From a bacterium (GTDB lineage Bacteria > UBA8248): a DNA stretch of 64,000 nucleotides. Position 1 is the first letter of the stretch, and each line of letters starts with the position of its first letter. Positions 9,981 to 19,748 of the stretch are shown piece after piece. The notes below the pieces were generated by a model that saw only the letters and a list, made by a program, of their open reading frames with translations, searched no databases and was not told the origin of the DNA. Position numbers and translations under genes: made by a program. The stretch covers positions 864,001-928,000 of the forward strand of contig CBDATS010000004.1 of the NCBI GenBank assembly GCA_965200245.1. The letters are read 5' to 3'.

Positions 9981-11489
9981 GTGAACGGTGACCTGATTCA
10001 GGGGTTCTACCTCGCCCTCGCGCCGACGAGCATACTGGCCACCGCTCTGGGCGCGCTCCACGGCCTCATATGCGGGATGATGCCGGGGCTGACGACGAGC
10101 GCCGGCATCATAATCCTGTTTCCGGTCACCTTCATCCTGGAACCGACAACCGCCGTGGCACTCCTGCTGGGCGTCTTCGCGGGCGGAATGACGGGGGGGA
10201 GTTTCGCAGCGATTCTTATCAACATACCCGGCTCGCCCTCTGCCTCGGCCACCACGGTGGACGGCTATCCTCTCACCCGGAAGGGAGAAGCCGGGCGGGC
10301 GCTGGGCGTTTCCATCATTTCGAGTTTCACGGGCGGTCTCTTCAGTTTCTGCTGCCTTTTGCTCATCGCTCCCCAACTCACGAAAGTGGCCCTTCAGTTC
10401 CGCGCGGCCGACCTGTTCGGACTGGTCTTTTTCGGGATGTCCGTCATATCCGCATTTGCCGCCAAATCGCTCATCAAGGGTCTCCTGTCCACATTCCTGG
10501 GCCTGATGATCGTGACGGTAGGGATGGACCCGCTCGTGGGTACCGCGCGCTTCACCTTCGGCGACGCGAACATGCTCGCGGGTATCCACTTCATTCCCGC
10601 ACTCGTGGGTCTGTTCGCCATTCCGGAGATTGTGTCGAACCTGGCGGAGGGGAACATACGCTCGGTCGCCTCGCGGTTCGGCCGTGTGTTTCCGAGTTGG
10701 GCGGATATCAAGAAAATCCGGCTCCCGGTGGCCATCGGCTCCATCGTGGGCACTTTTATCGGCATTCTCCCCGGCGCGGGCGGCCCGATAGCCGTCTTCG
10801 TGAGCTACGACTACGCCCAGAAGGTCAGCAAGGAGCCCGAGCAATTCGGAAAGGGCTGCGTGGAGGGAGTCGCCGCGCCCGAATCGGCGAACAGTTCCAT
10901 CGCGGGCGGTGCGCTCATTCCCATGATGACGCTGGGAATTCCCGGCGATCCGATAACCGCAATCCTGATCGGCGCCCTGCTCGTCCACGGCATGGCGCCG
11001 GGGCCGCTTCTTTTTGTGGAGCAGGGGCCGTTCGCTTTTTCCGTGCTCTTCTCGTATTTCATCGCGATTTGCAGCACGGCGACGGTCGCATTCCTGGGGC
11101 TGCGTGTCATCGTGAAGCTGTTGTCCATCCCCCGATCACTTCTTTTACCGATCATCGTCGCCCTTTGCGTACTGGGAACATACGCGCTCAGGAATTCGTT
11201 CTTCGACATCTACGTCATGTTCTTTTTCGGTCTCGTGGCGCTTTCTTTCAAATGGCTCGATATCCCGGTCGTTCCCATGCTTCTCGCGCTCGTGCTGGGA
11301 CGCCAACTCGAGGAGCACCTGCGGGTTGCCCTGGCCTCGTCAAAAGGCGACATCTCGATTTTCTTCACCTCGCCGTGGTGTCTGTTTTTCCTGTGCCTGT
11401 CGGTGATCTCTTTCGCCTGGCCGTTCTTTCTCGAGTGGAAAGTAAAGAACAAGGCACTCAAGGAGGCGTCCGCGTCTACTTCGGCATAG
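9981..11489 (+). CDS. tctA: TTT large permease TctA
   Basis: GMMPGL, AILINIPGSPS, DGYPL, GVAAPESANS, TLGIPGD, PGPLLF. Confidence 0.95.
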   Translation: MNGDLIQGFYLALAPTSILATALGALHGLICGMMPGLTTSAGIIILFPVTFILEPTTAVALLLGVFAGGMTGGSFAAILINIPGSPSASATTVDGYPLTRKGEAGRALGVSIISSFTGGLFSFCCLLLIAPQLTKVALQFRAADLFGLVFFGMSVISAFAAKSLIKGLLSTFLGLMIVTVGMDPLVGTARFTFGDANMLAGIHFIPALVGLFAIPEIVSNLAEGNIRSVASRFGRVFPSWADIKKIRLPVAIGSIVGTFIGILPGAGGPIAVFVSYDYAQKVSKEPEQFGKGCVEGVAAPESANSSIAGGALIPMMTLGIPGDPITAILIGALLVHGMAPGPLLFVEQGPFAFSVLFSYFIAICSTATVAFLGLRVIVKLLSIPRSLLLPIIVALCVLGTYALRNSFFDIYVMFFFGLVALSFKWLDIPVVPMLLALVLGRQLEEHLRVALASSKGDISIFFTSPWCLFFLCLSVISFAWPFFLEWKVKNKALKEASASTSA

Positions 11490-11625
11490 AAAACAGATGT
11501 TCGCCAGGAGATGGAGAATCCAGGTGACCAAGTGGATTTCCACGTGACTGAAAAAGAGGCTGCGCAGACAATAACGGCCAAATCGTCGAAAACCCGTTTT
11601 TGAGAGAATAGGAGAACGACAAACC

Positions 11626-12762
11626 ATGAAGCGCAGTATCGAGAGAATACTCACGACCCACACGGGGAGCCTGCCGCGTCCTCAGGAGGTGGTTGACTTG
11701 CTGCTGGCCCAGGAGGAGGGCGGCGCGGATTCCGATGCTTTCGAGGCCGTCGTGGCGCGTGCGATAGAAGATGTCGTCGAGAAACAGGCGGAGGCGGGTC
11801 TCGACGTGATCAACGACGGCGAGCAGGGCCGGCCCGATTATACCTCCCACGTCAAGCACAGGCTGACGGGTTATGAGGGACCGAGTTCACCCCCGCTTGG
11901 CACGGGTGACGAAAGCTTTCCCGAACTGGCCGAAATACTCTCCCAATTCGCCTCGCCCCTCCAGAACCGCCCGGCCTGTTCAGGCCCCATGGGGTGGAAG
12001 GACTGGCCCGCCGCCCAAGCGGACATCGAGCACGCGAAAAGTGTCCTCGGCCGCACCGACATAGAAGAGGCGTTCATGACCTCTCCCTCGCCGGGCCAGA
12101 TTTCGCGGTATCTCAGGAACCTCCACTATCCGAGTGAAGAAGAATACATATTCGCGCTCGCCGAAGTGATGCGTCGCGAGTACGAAGCAATCGTGGACGC
12201 GGGCCTGCTTCTTCAACTCGACTGCCCGGACCTCGCGCTGAGCCGCCATACCGTGTTTCGCAACCTGAGCCTCACGGATTTCCGAAAGGAAATCGAGATG
12301 CACATCGGAGCCCTGAACCACGCGGTGCGCAATATCGCACCAGAGCGCATGCGCATGCACATCTGCTGGGGCAGCACGCTGGGGCCGCATCATGAGGACG
12401 TTCCCTTGAAGGACATCATCGACGTCGTGCTGAAGGGAAAGCCCTGCGCCGTCTCGTTCCCCGGCGCGAATCCGCGCCACGGCCACGAATGGAAGGTGTG
12501 GCACGAAATCGACCTGCCCGAGGGCATGAGCATCATTCCCGGCGTGATCGATTCGACCTCCAATTTCGTCGAGCATCCAGAACTGGTGGCCGATCGCATC
12601 GTGAACTACGCCGAAGCGGTCGGGCGCGAGAACATTATCGCCGGCGTCGACTGCGGTTTCGGCACCTTCGCGGGCCGCGTGCAGGTGGACCGCCGCATCG
12701 TATGGATGAAGATGGCCTCCCTCGCCGAGGGAGCAGCACTGGCGTCGAAGCGTCTCTGGTAG
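11626..12762 (+). CDS. Cobalamin-independent methionine synthase II / epoxyalkane:CoM transferase-like protein (single MetE barrel)
   Basis: TTHTGSLPRP, DVINDGE, LQLDCPDL, HICWG, PGVID, EHPELVADRI, DCGFGT. Confidence 0.88.
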   Translation: MKRSIERILTTHTGSLPRPQEVVDLLLAQEEGGADSDAFEAVVARAIEDVVEKQAEAGLDVINDGEQGRPDYTSHVKHRLTGYEGPSSPPLGTGDESFPELAEILSQFASPLQNRPACSGPMGWKDWPAAQADIEHAKSVLGRTDIEEAFMTSPSPGQISRYLRNLHYPSEEEYIFALAEVMRREYEAIVDAGLLLQLDCPDLALSRHTVFRNLSLTDFRKEIEMHIGALNHAVRNIAPERMRMHICWGSTLGPHHEDVPLKDIIDVVLKGKPCAVSFPGANPRHGHEWKVWHEIDLPEGMSIIPGVIDSTSNFVEHPELVADRIVNYAEAVGRENIIAGVDCGFGTFAGRVQVDRRIVWMKMASLAEGAALASKRLW

Positions 12763-13057
12763 GACGGTGGGCGTCGTGTAAGCGGTGCGACGTTTCGAGT
12801 CTGGCTAACAAGGTGTTTCCAGACAGAGTGGCGGATACGGTTTCCTTCCTCGAATTATCCTTTCACGACTGAAAAGCACAAAGTTCACACTTCGCCATCC
12901 GAGCGTTAGAGAACAACGTTCGTTCCCGAAACGGAAGTCAACTCATAGAATCTCCCCACCGGTGAGATGCGCCTCCCGCCGTGCTCACACTCTTCCCGTC
13001 AAATGGAGCTTTTCATTAAAATTGTGAGAAATTTTTTCAAATAATGCGCCAAAATCG

Positions 13058-13089
13058 TTGACAAAATCCGATATTAGCCTATATATAAT
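13058..13089 (+). promoter_or_regulatory. Putative promoter of hsp20
   Basis: TTGACA at 13058-13063 and TATAAT at 13084-13089 (20-bp spacer; TATATA at 16 and 18 bp). Confidence 0.55.
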
Positions 13090-13097
13090 GATTATAA

Positions 13098-13138
13098 TAA
13101 TAAATAATATTAGTGTTACTAACTAATATTATTTATTA
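13098..13138. promoter_or_regulatory. Perfect 17-bp inverted repeat with 7-bp spacer; candidate heat-shock operator or 5'-UTR hairpin
   Basis: TAATAAATAATATTAGT-GTTACTA-ACTAATATTATTTATTA, read directly from the sequence. Confidence 0.7.
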
Positions 13139-13210
13139 AGCAGCCGCTAGGAATGAAAAACGGGGAAACAGATTCCCTAAAAATCACATTCACCCAAGGG
13201 AGGATTCAAA

Positions 13211-13627
13211 ATGCCCAATCTGATGAGACCTGCTTCGATTCACGACGTTTTCAGCCGTATGCTGGAGGATTCCCTGGCCAGGCCATTCAGCAATGACACC
13301 GAGGAGGGAATTCTGCCCATCGACATCGCGCAGACGGACAAGGACGTTGTGGTGCGCGCTTCGCTTCCGGGGTACGAGAAGGAAGACATCGATCTCAGGA
13401 TCGAGAAGGGCGTGCTCTCTATCAAGGCAACGAAACAAAAAACAAGTGAAGTCGAAGACAAGAAATATTACCGTCGCGAGCGCTTCATGGGCTCCGTGAG
13501 CCGGCGCATCATGCTGCCCGGCATCGTGCAGAGCGACGCATCGAGCGCGGAACTTGTAGACGGCGTACTCACGCTGCGCGTGCCCATCGCCCAGGCGAAC
13601 AAGCCCAAACAGATCCTGATCAACTAG
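13211..13627 (+). CDS. Small heat shock protein, Hsp20/alpha-crystallin family
   Basis: ASLPGYEKEDID, RRERFMG, AELVDGVLTLRVP, C-terminal I-x-I; GGGAGG RBS. Confidence 0.95.
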   Translation: MPNLMRPASIHDVFSRMLEDSLARPFSNDTEEGILPIDIAQTDKDVVVRASLPGYEKEDIDLRIEKGVLSIKATKQKTSEVEDKKYYRRERFMGSVSRRIMLPGIVQSDASSAELVDGVLTLRVPIAQANKPKQILIN

Positions 13628-13643
13628 CAGAACCCGGCCGGTT

Positions 13644-13668
13644 GGCCCCCGGCACTGCGCCGGGGGCC
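13644..13668. terminator. Hairpin between convergent hsp20 and MmgE/PrpD genes
   Basis: GGCCCCCGGC-ACTGC-GCCGGGGGCC, perfect 10-bp stem, no T tract. Confidence 0.55.
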
Positions 13669-13688
13669 GCCGCACGGTCCGGAAAGCC

Positions 13689-14918
13689 TCACGCTTCCGC
13701 CACTGTGAGGCGAATGAGCTTTTCCACCCCTTCTTGCGTTTCCATCGTACGACAGGTTTCGATAATTTCCTGATAACGAATCTCCGGCACGGGCAGACCG
13801 GAAGCGATCCCGCCCATGCGCTTCGCCAACTCCTCGAAGCCGAAGATGAACTCCCGTCCGGTAGCCTGCCTGGTGAAGACGCCGCGTTCTTTCGTATGGA
13901 TGCTCACCCTGGGAGCGAAAAGGCCCATTTGATGGGAGGGAATGATCCGCACGCGCTCCATCATCTCGAGCACCTCGGGCGGGTCGTCCTGGCCTGGCGA
14001 CTCGTTCAGGAGCGGATAACCTCGCTTCACAACACCGAAAGCCGCGTAGTAGTGCGTGCTCCCCGGCCTCGGCGCGCCGTCCTCGCGACGGTTCGCGAAA
14101 GCGGGGCTCGGATACTGCGTCTCCAGCCAGTTCACGATGGTCTCTACGCGCTCGACCTCTTCAATGCGGATATCGTTCTCCTCACAAAGCATCGCCGTCA
14201 CTTCGATATGTGAGAGGTTGTAGCCCGAGGTGGAATAGATGCGAAACAGTGTTTCGAGAAAGAACCACTCCTGCCCAAGACCCTCGGTGATTCTCTCCAC
14301 ACTCGTTCTCGTATCGCCCGTGAAGCTATAAGTCAGACGGCCTGAATTGTTTCCGGCATAGGCGTGGTAGAAACCGGCTTCTCCCTCGAGCACCGTCTCC
14401 CCGCCGACGTGACCCCGCCTGGCGAGTTCCGCCGCCAACAAGGCGTTTCGCACCGCAGCGCCTTCCCTGAGTGCCTGCCCGCCGCTGCGCGGACCCTCGA
14501 GGTTCCCGCTTGCGAGACTCGCGCAGAGCGCGATCGCGCTGTTCATCCGATCCTCGTCCAGTCCCATAATTTTCCCGGCGGCGACAGCGGCGGGGATGAT
14601 GCTCGTTCCCGGATGGGTCAGCATACGGAACGTATCCCACTTGCCACCCGCCAGGGCCATTTCCGCGTTCGCGAAAGCGGCACCTTCTTTCGTCGCCCCC
14701 TTTCCACTCACCATGATCGTCGCACCTGCACGAACGCCCGCCTCTTCTTCAGTGATGAGGGCGACGGCCCTCCGCCCGTCGTCCGTCCGGGAGCCCAAAA
14801 GAGCGGAGGAGACGGCTTGCAAAACAACACCCCTGGCGCGGTCGACGACACGTGGGGGCATATCTTCAAAGCGAAGCCCCGTCGCCCATCTTGCGAGCCT
14901 GCGGCTTAAGGACGGCAT
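13689..14918 (-). CDS. MmgE/PrpD family protein, apparently with an in-frame internal deletion
   Basis: LARWATGLRFEDMPPRVVDRAR, AAFANA, HPG, AGKIMGLD, LEGEAGFY; the usual GYEV-containing segment between HPG and GKIMGL is missing. Confidence 0.8.
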   Translation of the reverse strand: MPSLSRRLARWATGLRFEDMPPRVVDRARGVVLQAVSSALLGSRTDDGRRAVALITEEEAGVRAGATIMVSGKGATKEGAAFANAEMALAGGKWDTFRMLTHPGTSIIPAAVAAGKIMGLDEDRMNSAIALCASLASGNLEGPRSGGQALREGAAVRNALLAAELARRGHVGGETVLEGEAGFYHAYAGNNSGRLTYSFTGDTRTSVERITEGLGQEWFFLETLFRIYSTSGYNLSHIEVTAMLCEENDIRIEEVERVETIVNWLETQYPSPAFANRREDGAPRPGSTHYYAAFGVVKRGYPLLNESPGQDDPPEVLEMMERVRIIPSHQMGLFAPRVSIHTKERGVFTRQATGREFIFGFEELAKRMGGIASGLPVPEIRYQEIIETCRTMETQEGVEKLIRLTVAEA

Positions 14919-15665
14919 GGGAACAGCTTTTCCGGAACAAACGGCCCCACGGCCTGCTGGTAATTAACGAAGGAGGTGAGCATCGAAAGAACAATCTCTT
15001 GAATTCGAGTGAAACCAAATGGATACGGCAATGTAACCGAAACCTGAAATTCCCGCAAAGAAACCTCTGTATTTCCACTCTTTCAATGAAATATCCTGGG
15101 AATAATCAGGAAAACTGGGCAAACGACTTCCTCAAATACTCTCCATACTCACCTTCCGAAAAGCATGGATACCCGATAGCACCGGTATTTATCTCAAAAG
15201 GAGAAACGATGAAACGCCTGCCGTGAAACAAATCACAGGGAACCTGCTTGACGATTTGAAAAACCACAAAAAGGAAATGTAGAAAACAAAATCCACCAGA
15301 AGCCGTCTTTGAGTTTGCAGACAAGCATCATGAAATGGTTTCGGATGAATTGCCGTATATTGCTGATGAGTGGATGAACCGTGAATCGCAACAAGGATAC
15401 TCCCGGTCCAATTCATAACCCCATGTTTGCCAATCGAATTGCTCGAAAGGAAATCAAAAGACTACGGCTATCGCTCCGGTAATTTATTCTCGATTCTTCC
15501 AGGTGTATCAAGAACCCGATCTTCGGGAATTGGCCGGAAATACTTCAGAATCTCTACCAGTGGAAGCCTTCACTTTTTTCTCCCGGACATGATTCGTAAC
15601 CGGAAGCCTTGAACTGCTTGACGAAACACTTCATTCCCGGCGATCATACCCTTGAAGACACTGGC

Positions 15666-15716
15666 AAAAAAGGGGTCGCCTCCCCTTCTCCCCCACGGAG
15701 CAGGGGAGGCGACCCC
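15666..15716 (-). terminator. Rho-independent terminator of the large lipoprotein gene
   Basis: 15-bp stem GGGGTCGCCTCCCCT/AGGGGAGGCGACCCC with an A run on its left (T tract on the minus strand). Confidence 0.75.
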
Positions 15717-15794
15717 CGACACGGCTGGCCGGGTTACGGGAGGTTCGGAGGAATCAATTCTTCGCCTTTCCGTATCCGGCCAGTCGCCCTTTAC

Positions 15795-18067
15795 TTACTG
15801 CACCAGTTTCGCCCCGAAAGCGCCGATGAAACTCGTTGGGATGACTGTGGGATCCTTTGGATCTCCACCATCTGTAACACCAAAGGTGCCGGAGGCGGCA
15901 TCCGGATAAGCATCTTCAGACCCCGGCTCTTTGCCAGAGAAGATGACTGACCACGAGCCGTTGTAGGCGTACTTGGGAGGAGCGTCGTACGACGTGTACG
16001 TGGCATCACCCGTAAATGTTTGCCTATTCTCTAAGTTCTGCTTCAATAGCCTTCCCGCCCCGTCGAGCCTCCTTATCGGGGCTTTTGCAGGGTTATGTCC
16101 ATATCCATGGATTCACCGCCTGCCACGATGTTGCTTATGTTCCCACTAATGCTTCCAATGTCCCCATTCTGATTTCCCACCCCCACCTCAGGAGCATCAC
16201 CGAAATCAGCCTCCAAGGCCGCCGTCGCGTTGAAGAAATCCACACTCTCGCCACTCGTGTACAAGCCGGTAGCGGGCCCCGTATACGTCGCCTTGCCTTC
16301 AAGCACCCGAAGTTGAGATACCCTAAGCCTGCCGGTTTCTCCCGACTCAGTATATAGTCTCCTTGCTCCAAAGGTGCCGATTCTTGTGTAATTACCATTG
16401 GCATTTTGGAGCACCCAGACGCCAAATGCCAGATAATCGGTGTCTACTTTGGTCACTGCATTAATGGCATTACGCCAGAATTCGTACCCTATGGCCACCG
16501 TGACTTTCCCATCCGTCTTGGCATAATCACAACCATCTTTTTCGATACAGGTGAATGTTCCCGATACTGGCTCGTACATCGTACCCGCACCGTCCTGGTC
16601 ATACTTACCCGTGAATGTGGTGCCTTGTGCCATGTTGTCATTGGTAGGCGGCTCGGCTTCTGAAATCATACCGCTATCGGTAACAGGCACGGCGAGGAAA
16701 GTCTGCGCTTTAACTTTTTGGGATTGTTCGATATCTGTATAGACATGGGCATGCAAGGTGGTTCCCTCATCGGTCTTCTTCACCAATTCATAGCCCATGA
16801 ATTCGCCATCGCCACCCAAGGGTGGGAGCTCGGTATGAGTAGCCATGGGTGCCTTGCCCATATCGACCTCAAAATCCATCTCGTCGATATGCAACGAGGA
16901 TAGACCGAAACCAGCCTTCAAGGCAAATTTTCGCTTGGCGGGGATTGTTGCACCTGTTTTATCATCCGACGAATCCACATCGTAGGTCACTCTGACTACT
17001 GTAGGCATACCATCAGCAAACGGATGCCTCATCAACTCACCACTTGCATCTCGACGAGGAGAATCATAAACAATACGAGTAGAATTCTCTGGTGTCATGG
17101 CTGCTGTTTTCGCAATCGTCGCCACTTGCTTCACACTCATCCCATCCTTGTTCGCCGCCATGAACAATCCATAGACATGCTCACTCGCCGCGGCCATCGC
17201 ATCTTCTTCATACATCATGGCGTTGTCCTTGGCTTGTTCGGCAGCCGCCTGCGCATTTTCTGCCTTCATCTGGGCCGCCACGACCTCTGCTATCGTCGTC
17301 GCCGCATCAAGATCCCTCTCAGCTTGTTCCGCCATCGCAACCGCATCCGCAGCATCAGTCGCCGCCTTTGCTGCATTCATCGCCGCTTCGCTCGCGTCCT
17401 TGTAGTTCGTCCGCGCGGCCATGGCTTTGTTCTCGTACATCGTGGCTTCACCGCTGTGGCCGTCCGCTCCCATCTGTGCGGTCTCCGCCGCCATCTTCGC
17501 TACGCTTATCCGCGGGCGGGCGCTATCTCTTGCAGTAACCAAGGCATGATGAGCCACAATCGTGGAGACAACCGCCGCCTGCGCATTTTCCGCAGCCATT
17601 TGCGCTGCCATGGCATTGGCTTGCTCCGCAACCGCCGTGTCACGCGCCGCATTGGCTGTGGCCAGTTCTGTCTGCGCAGCCGCTACGTCGTCCGTCGCCA
17701 TCGCCGCACCAGACGCAGCCATCGCGGTCATATACGCTGCGTTGGCATCGTCCGCCGCCATCTGCGCGTCCGCATCCATCCTGAGTTGCGCCGTCGCCTC
17801 ATCTGACGGTATCAAGGCAGCCGCGGCTATTGCTGCCATGTGCGCCTCGCCGGCTGCATCCGCCGCTATCTTCGCCGCGTCCGCCGCAGCCCGTGCCATC
17901 TCCTGGGCCGAGAGCAACGCCGGATCCGGAGCAACCGGGGCTGGGTCACTGCTGCTACTGCCACCGCCACACCCGGCCAGAATGACTGCAAGCAACAAAG
18001 CAAGGGCGAATGTGTGAAACTTTCTAGTTGATGATACGAGGTGGGTAACAAACGGACACTTCTTCAC
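15795..18067 (-). pseudogene. Large surface lipoprotein (lipobox, Ala-rich helical stalk, TbpB-like C-terminal beta-barrel), frameshifted near 16085
   Basis: LAGC lipobox with GGGSSSS linker; YLAFGVW, ATYTGPATG, LEADFG, ISGNISN; adding one A at CAAAAG joins 16073-18067 to the frame ending GSWSVIFSG...ASGTFG...SFIGAFGAK. Confidence 0.75.
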
Positions 18068-18584
18068 ATTTACTTCCTCCCTTTACAACGGTGACAGAAT
18101 GCCGATGACATAATCCCCAACCTTCCGACTAGGCCGGGCCGTGTCACCATCACAAAGGGAAGTGAAGTCTCACTTATTCGCCTCAACTTGGGGAGCTACC
18201 CCACGTCGGATACACTGGCTATTGTATTCAGAGAGCGACCCGACATGAGCAATCGGGACACCCTTTGCAATGATGACAAGAGGAATACTGAACAAACCAA
18301 CGGAGTTTGTCAAGATGGTCCAGAAAAAAAAGGACACGGGTTACACCACCAATTCCTGGTCGACTCATTTACCTTTCCGGCAAATGCCTCTCATTGCCCA
18401 CTGAAACTTCGGGCCATCTTTTTTTTCTTTTTTGCGATACGAAACTTTCGCTCCAGGTATTTCCCGGAAGGCGGGAATCTTCTCCGTTACTTCGTTGATT
18501 GCACAGGCAGTAAAACCTCATCGTCTCGTCCGGTTCATCTTCATTCAGGGTCATCCTTCTCCACGAGGTTATCTCCTGGACAAT

Positions 18585-19440
18585 TCATTTCCTGAATGTG
18601 ATCCTCTTGACCACCATGGCCATACACAGAGAGGCAAACCTATCTTCTATATCAATCTCGCAATTGCCTTCGTTCAAACGGAAGGTGAACTCGTCTGCAT
18701 CAACTCGTCAGTTTTTCCGGCTTCAGTTGTGGCAGGTGCCTCGTATCTCCGCTTCAGGGCAGCCCACACACTTCCCACGCCATTCATGCGGGCCATTCCG
18801 TTTAACAGATCCCTGGCAGGGTGTTTTACGGATTTGCGCTTGTATTCCCCACAATACGTATCGCCAGGATGGGCATGTCCTTGGTTCTCATCACTAGAAA
18901 ACATGGAACCGGGTTCGACATTCTCTCTCATGGATTTTTCAAAATATCGCTTTGCCGTCTTTCAATGACCATCGCCTTCACCCTGCCTTTCTCTCTCCGT
19001 CATGCAGGGACGGGAACCTTCCCCTTGGCATCTCCCTGATCCTTGCTTGTGTTCCTGTGCCAGTTCTTCTCGACTCCACCGGGGACAGGTTTCATCTACT
19101 TCCAATGCCCCTTTCAACGCCTCCATTTTTTGTCTGCAAGCCGGTCCGGAATCCATGATGCAGATTGTGATACAGAAAGCTCCTTGCCGGATCGATAGTT
19201 GCCAACACCTTTTCTGGCGCTCACAGGAATACATGCGACCGGAATCCAGGAACTCGGTGTGGTGCAACCTTTCCGTATTCATAATGGGGTATCTCCAAAG
19301 GCAGTAAAATACTTCCGGTAATCTCCGCACCGGCAACTACCGGGGGGTTTTTTCTGTCTGGTGATCTCTTGAAAAAATCGCAACGAACGCAGACGGGAGT
19401 TTCCCGCACCTCGATCCTTCAAAATCCTTCCTTGCCTTAT
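18585..19440 (-). mobile_element. Heavily decayed IS1595-family (ISXO2-like) transposase remnant; ends approximate
   Basis: Fragments across frames in the expected order: ETPVCVRC and CRCGDYRKYFT zinc ribbon, LEVDET, GRVKAMVI, RENVEPGSMFSSDE, NGVGSVWAALKR, EFTFRLNEGN. Confidence 0.75.
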
Positions 19441-19748
19441 GGCCTGTAGAGTAATGTAACTCCAAAATTCCGGTGGTCTTGTCATTCCCGATATCTTGCT
19501 TACGGGTTTGTAAATGACCAATCGCCTTTTGTAGAATCCTTCGGGGATGCATCGTATATAATGGTCAAGGGACGGAGCGTGACTTGCTTTGAACGAGATC
19601 GGCAGGTTCGGTGCTTGAGACTCGTTTCAGTCCGCCGTTTCCTTTCCGGGCGGTGTGCGCCGATATGAAAACACATCGCCTTGGCAAAGGCGGTCCGAAA
19701 CGGTAAATCCGATAGACCACCGGAACGAGTGAATATAAGGAGAGACAG

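Noticed and set aside
13098-13138. CIRCE element or dif site
   Set aside because: It matches neither TTAGCACTC-N9-GAGTGCTAA nor the XerC/XerD arm consensus.
15100-15530. TnpB (IS200/IS605) remnant suggested by KPQKG and IELLERKSKDYG
   Set aside because: No recognisable RuvC GIDLG or EDL motifs and no zinc finger; the resemblance is too weak.
17150-17950. Tandem DNA repeat or CRISPR-like array in the GCC/GCA-rich stretch
   Set aside because: The periodicity comes from Ala-rich coding; there are no fixed-length repeats with spacers and no cas genes.
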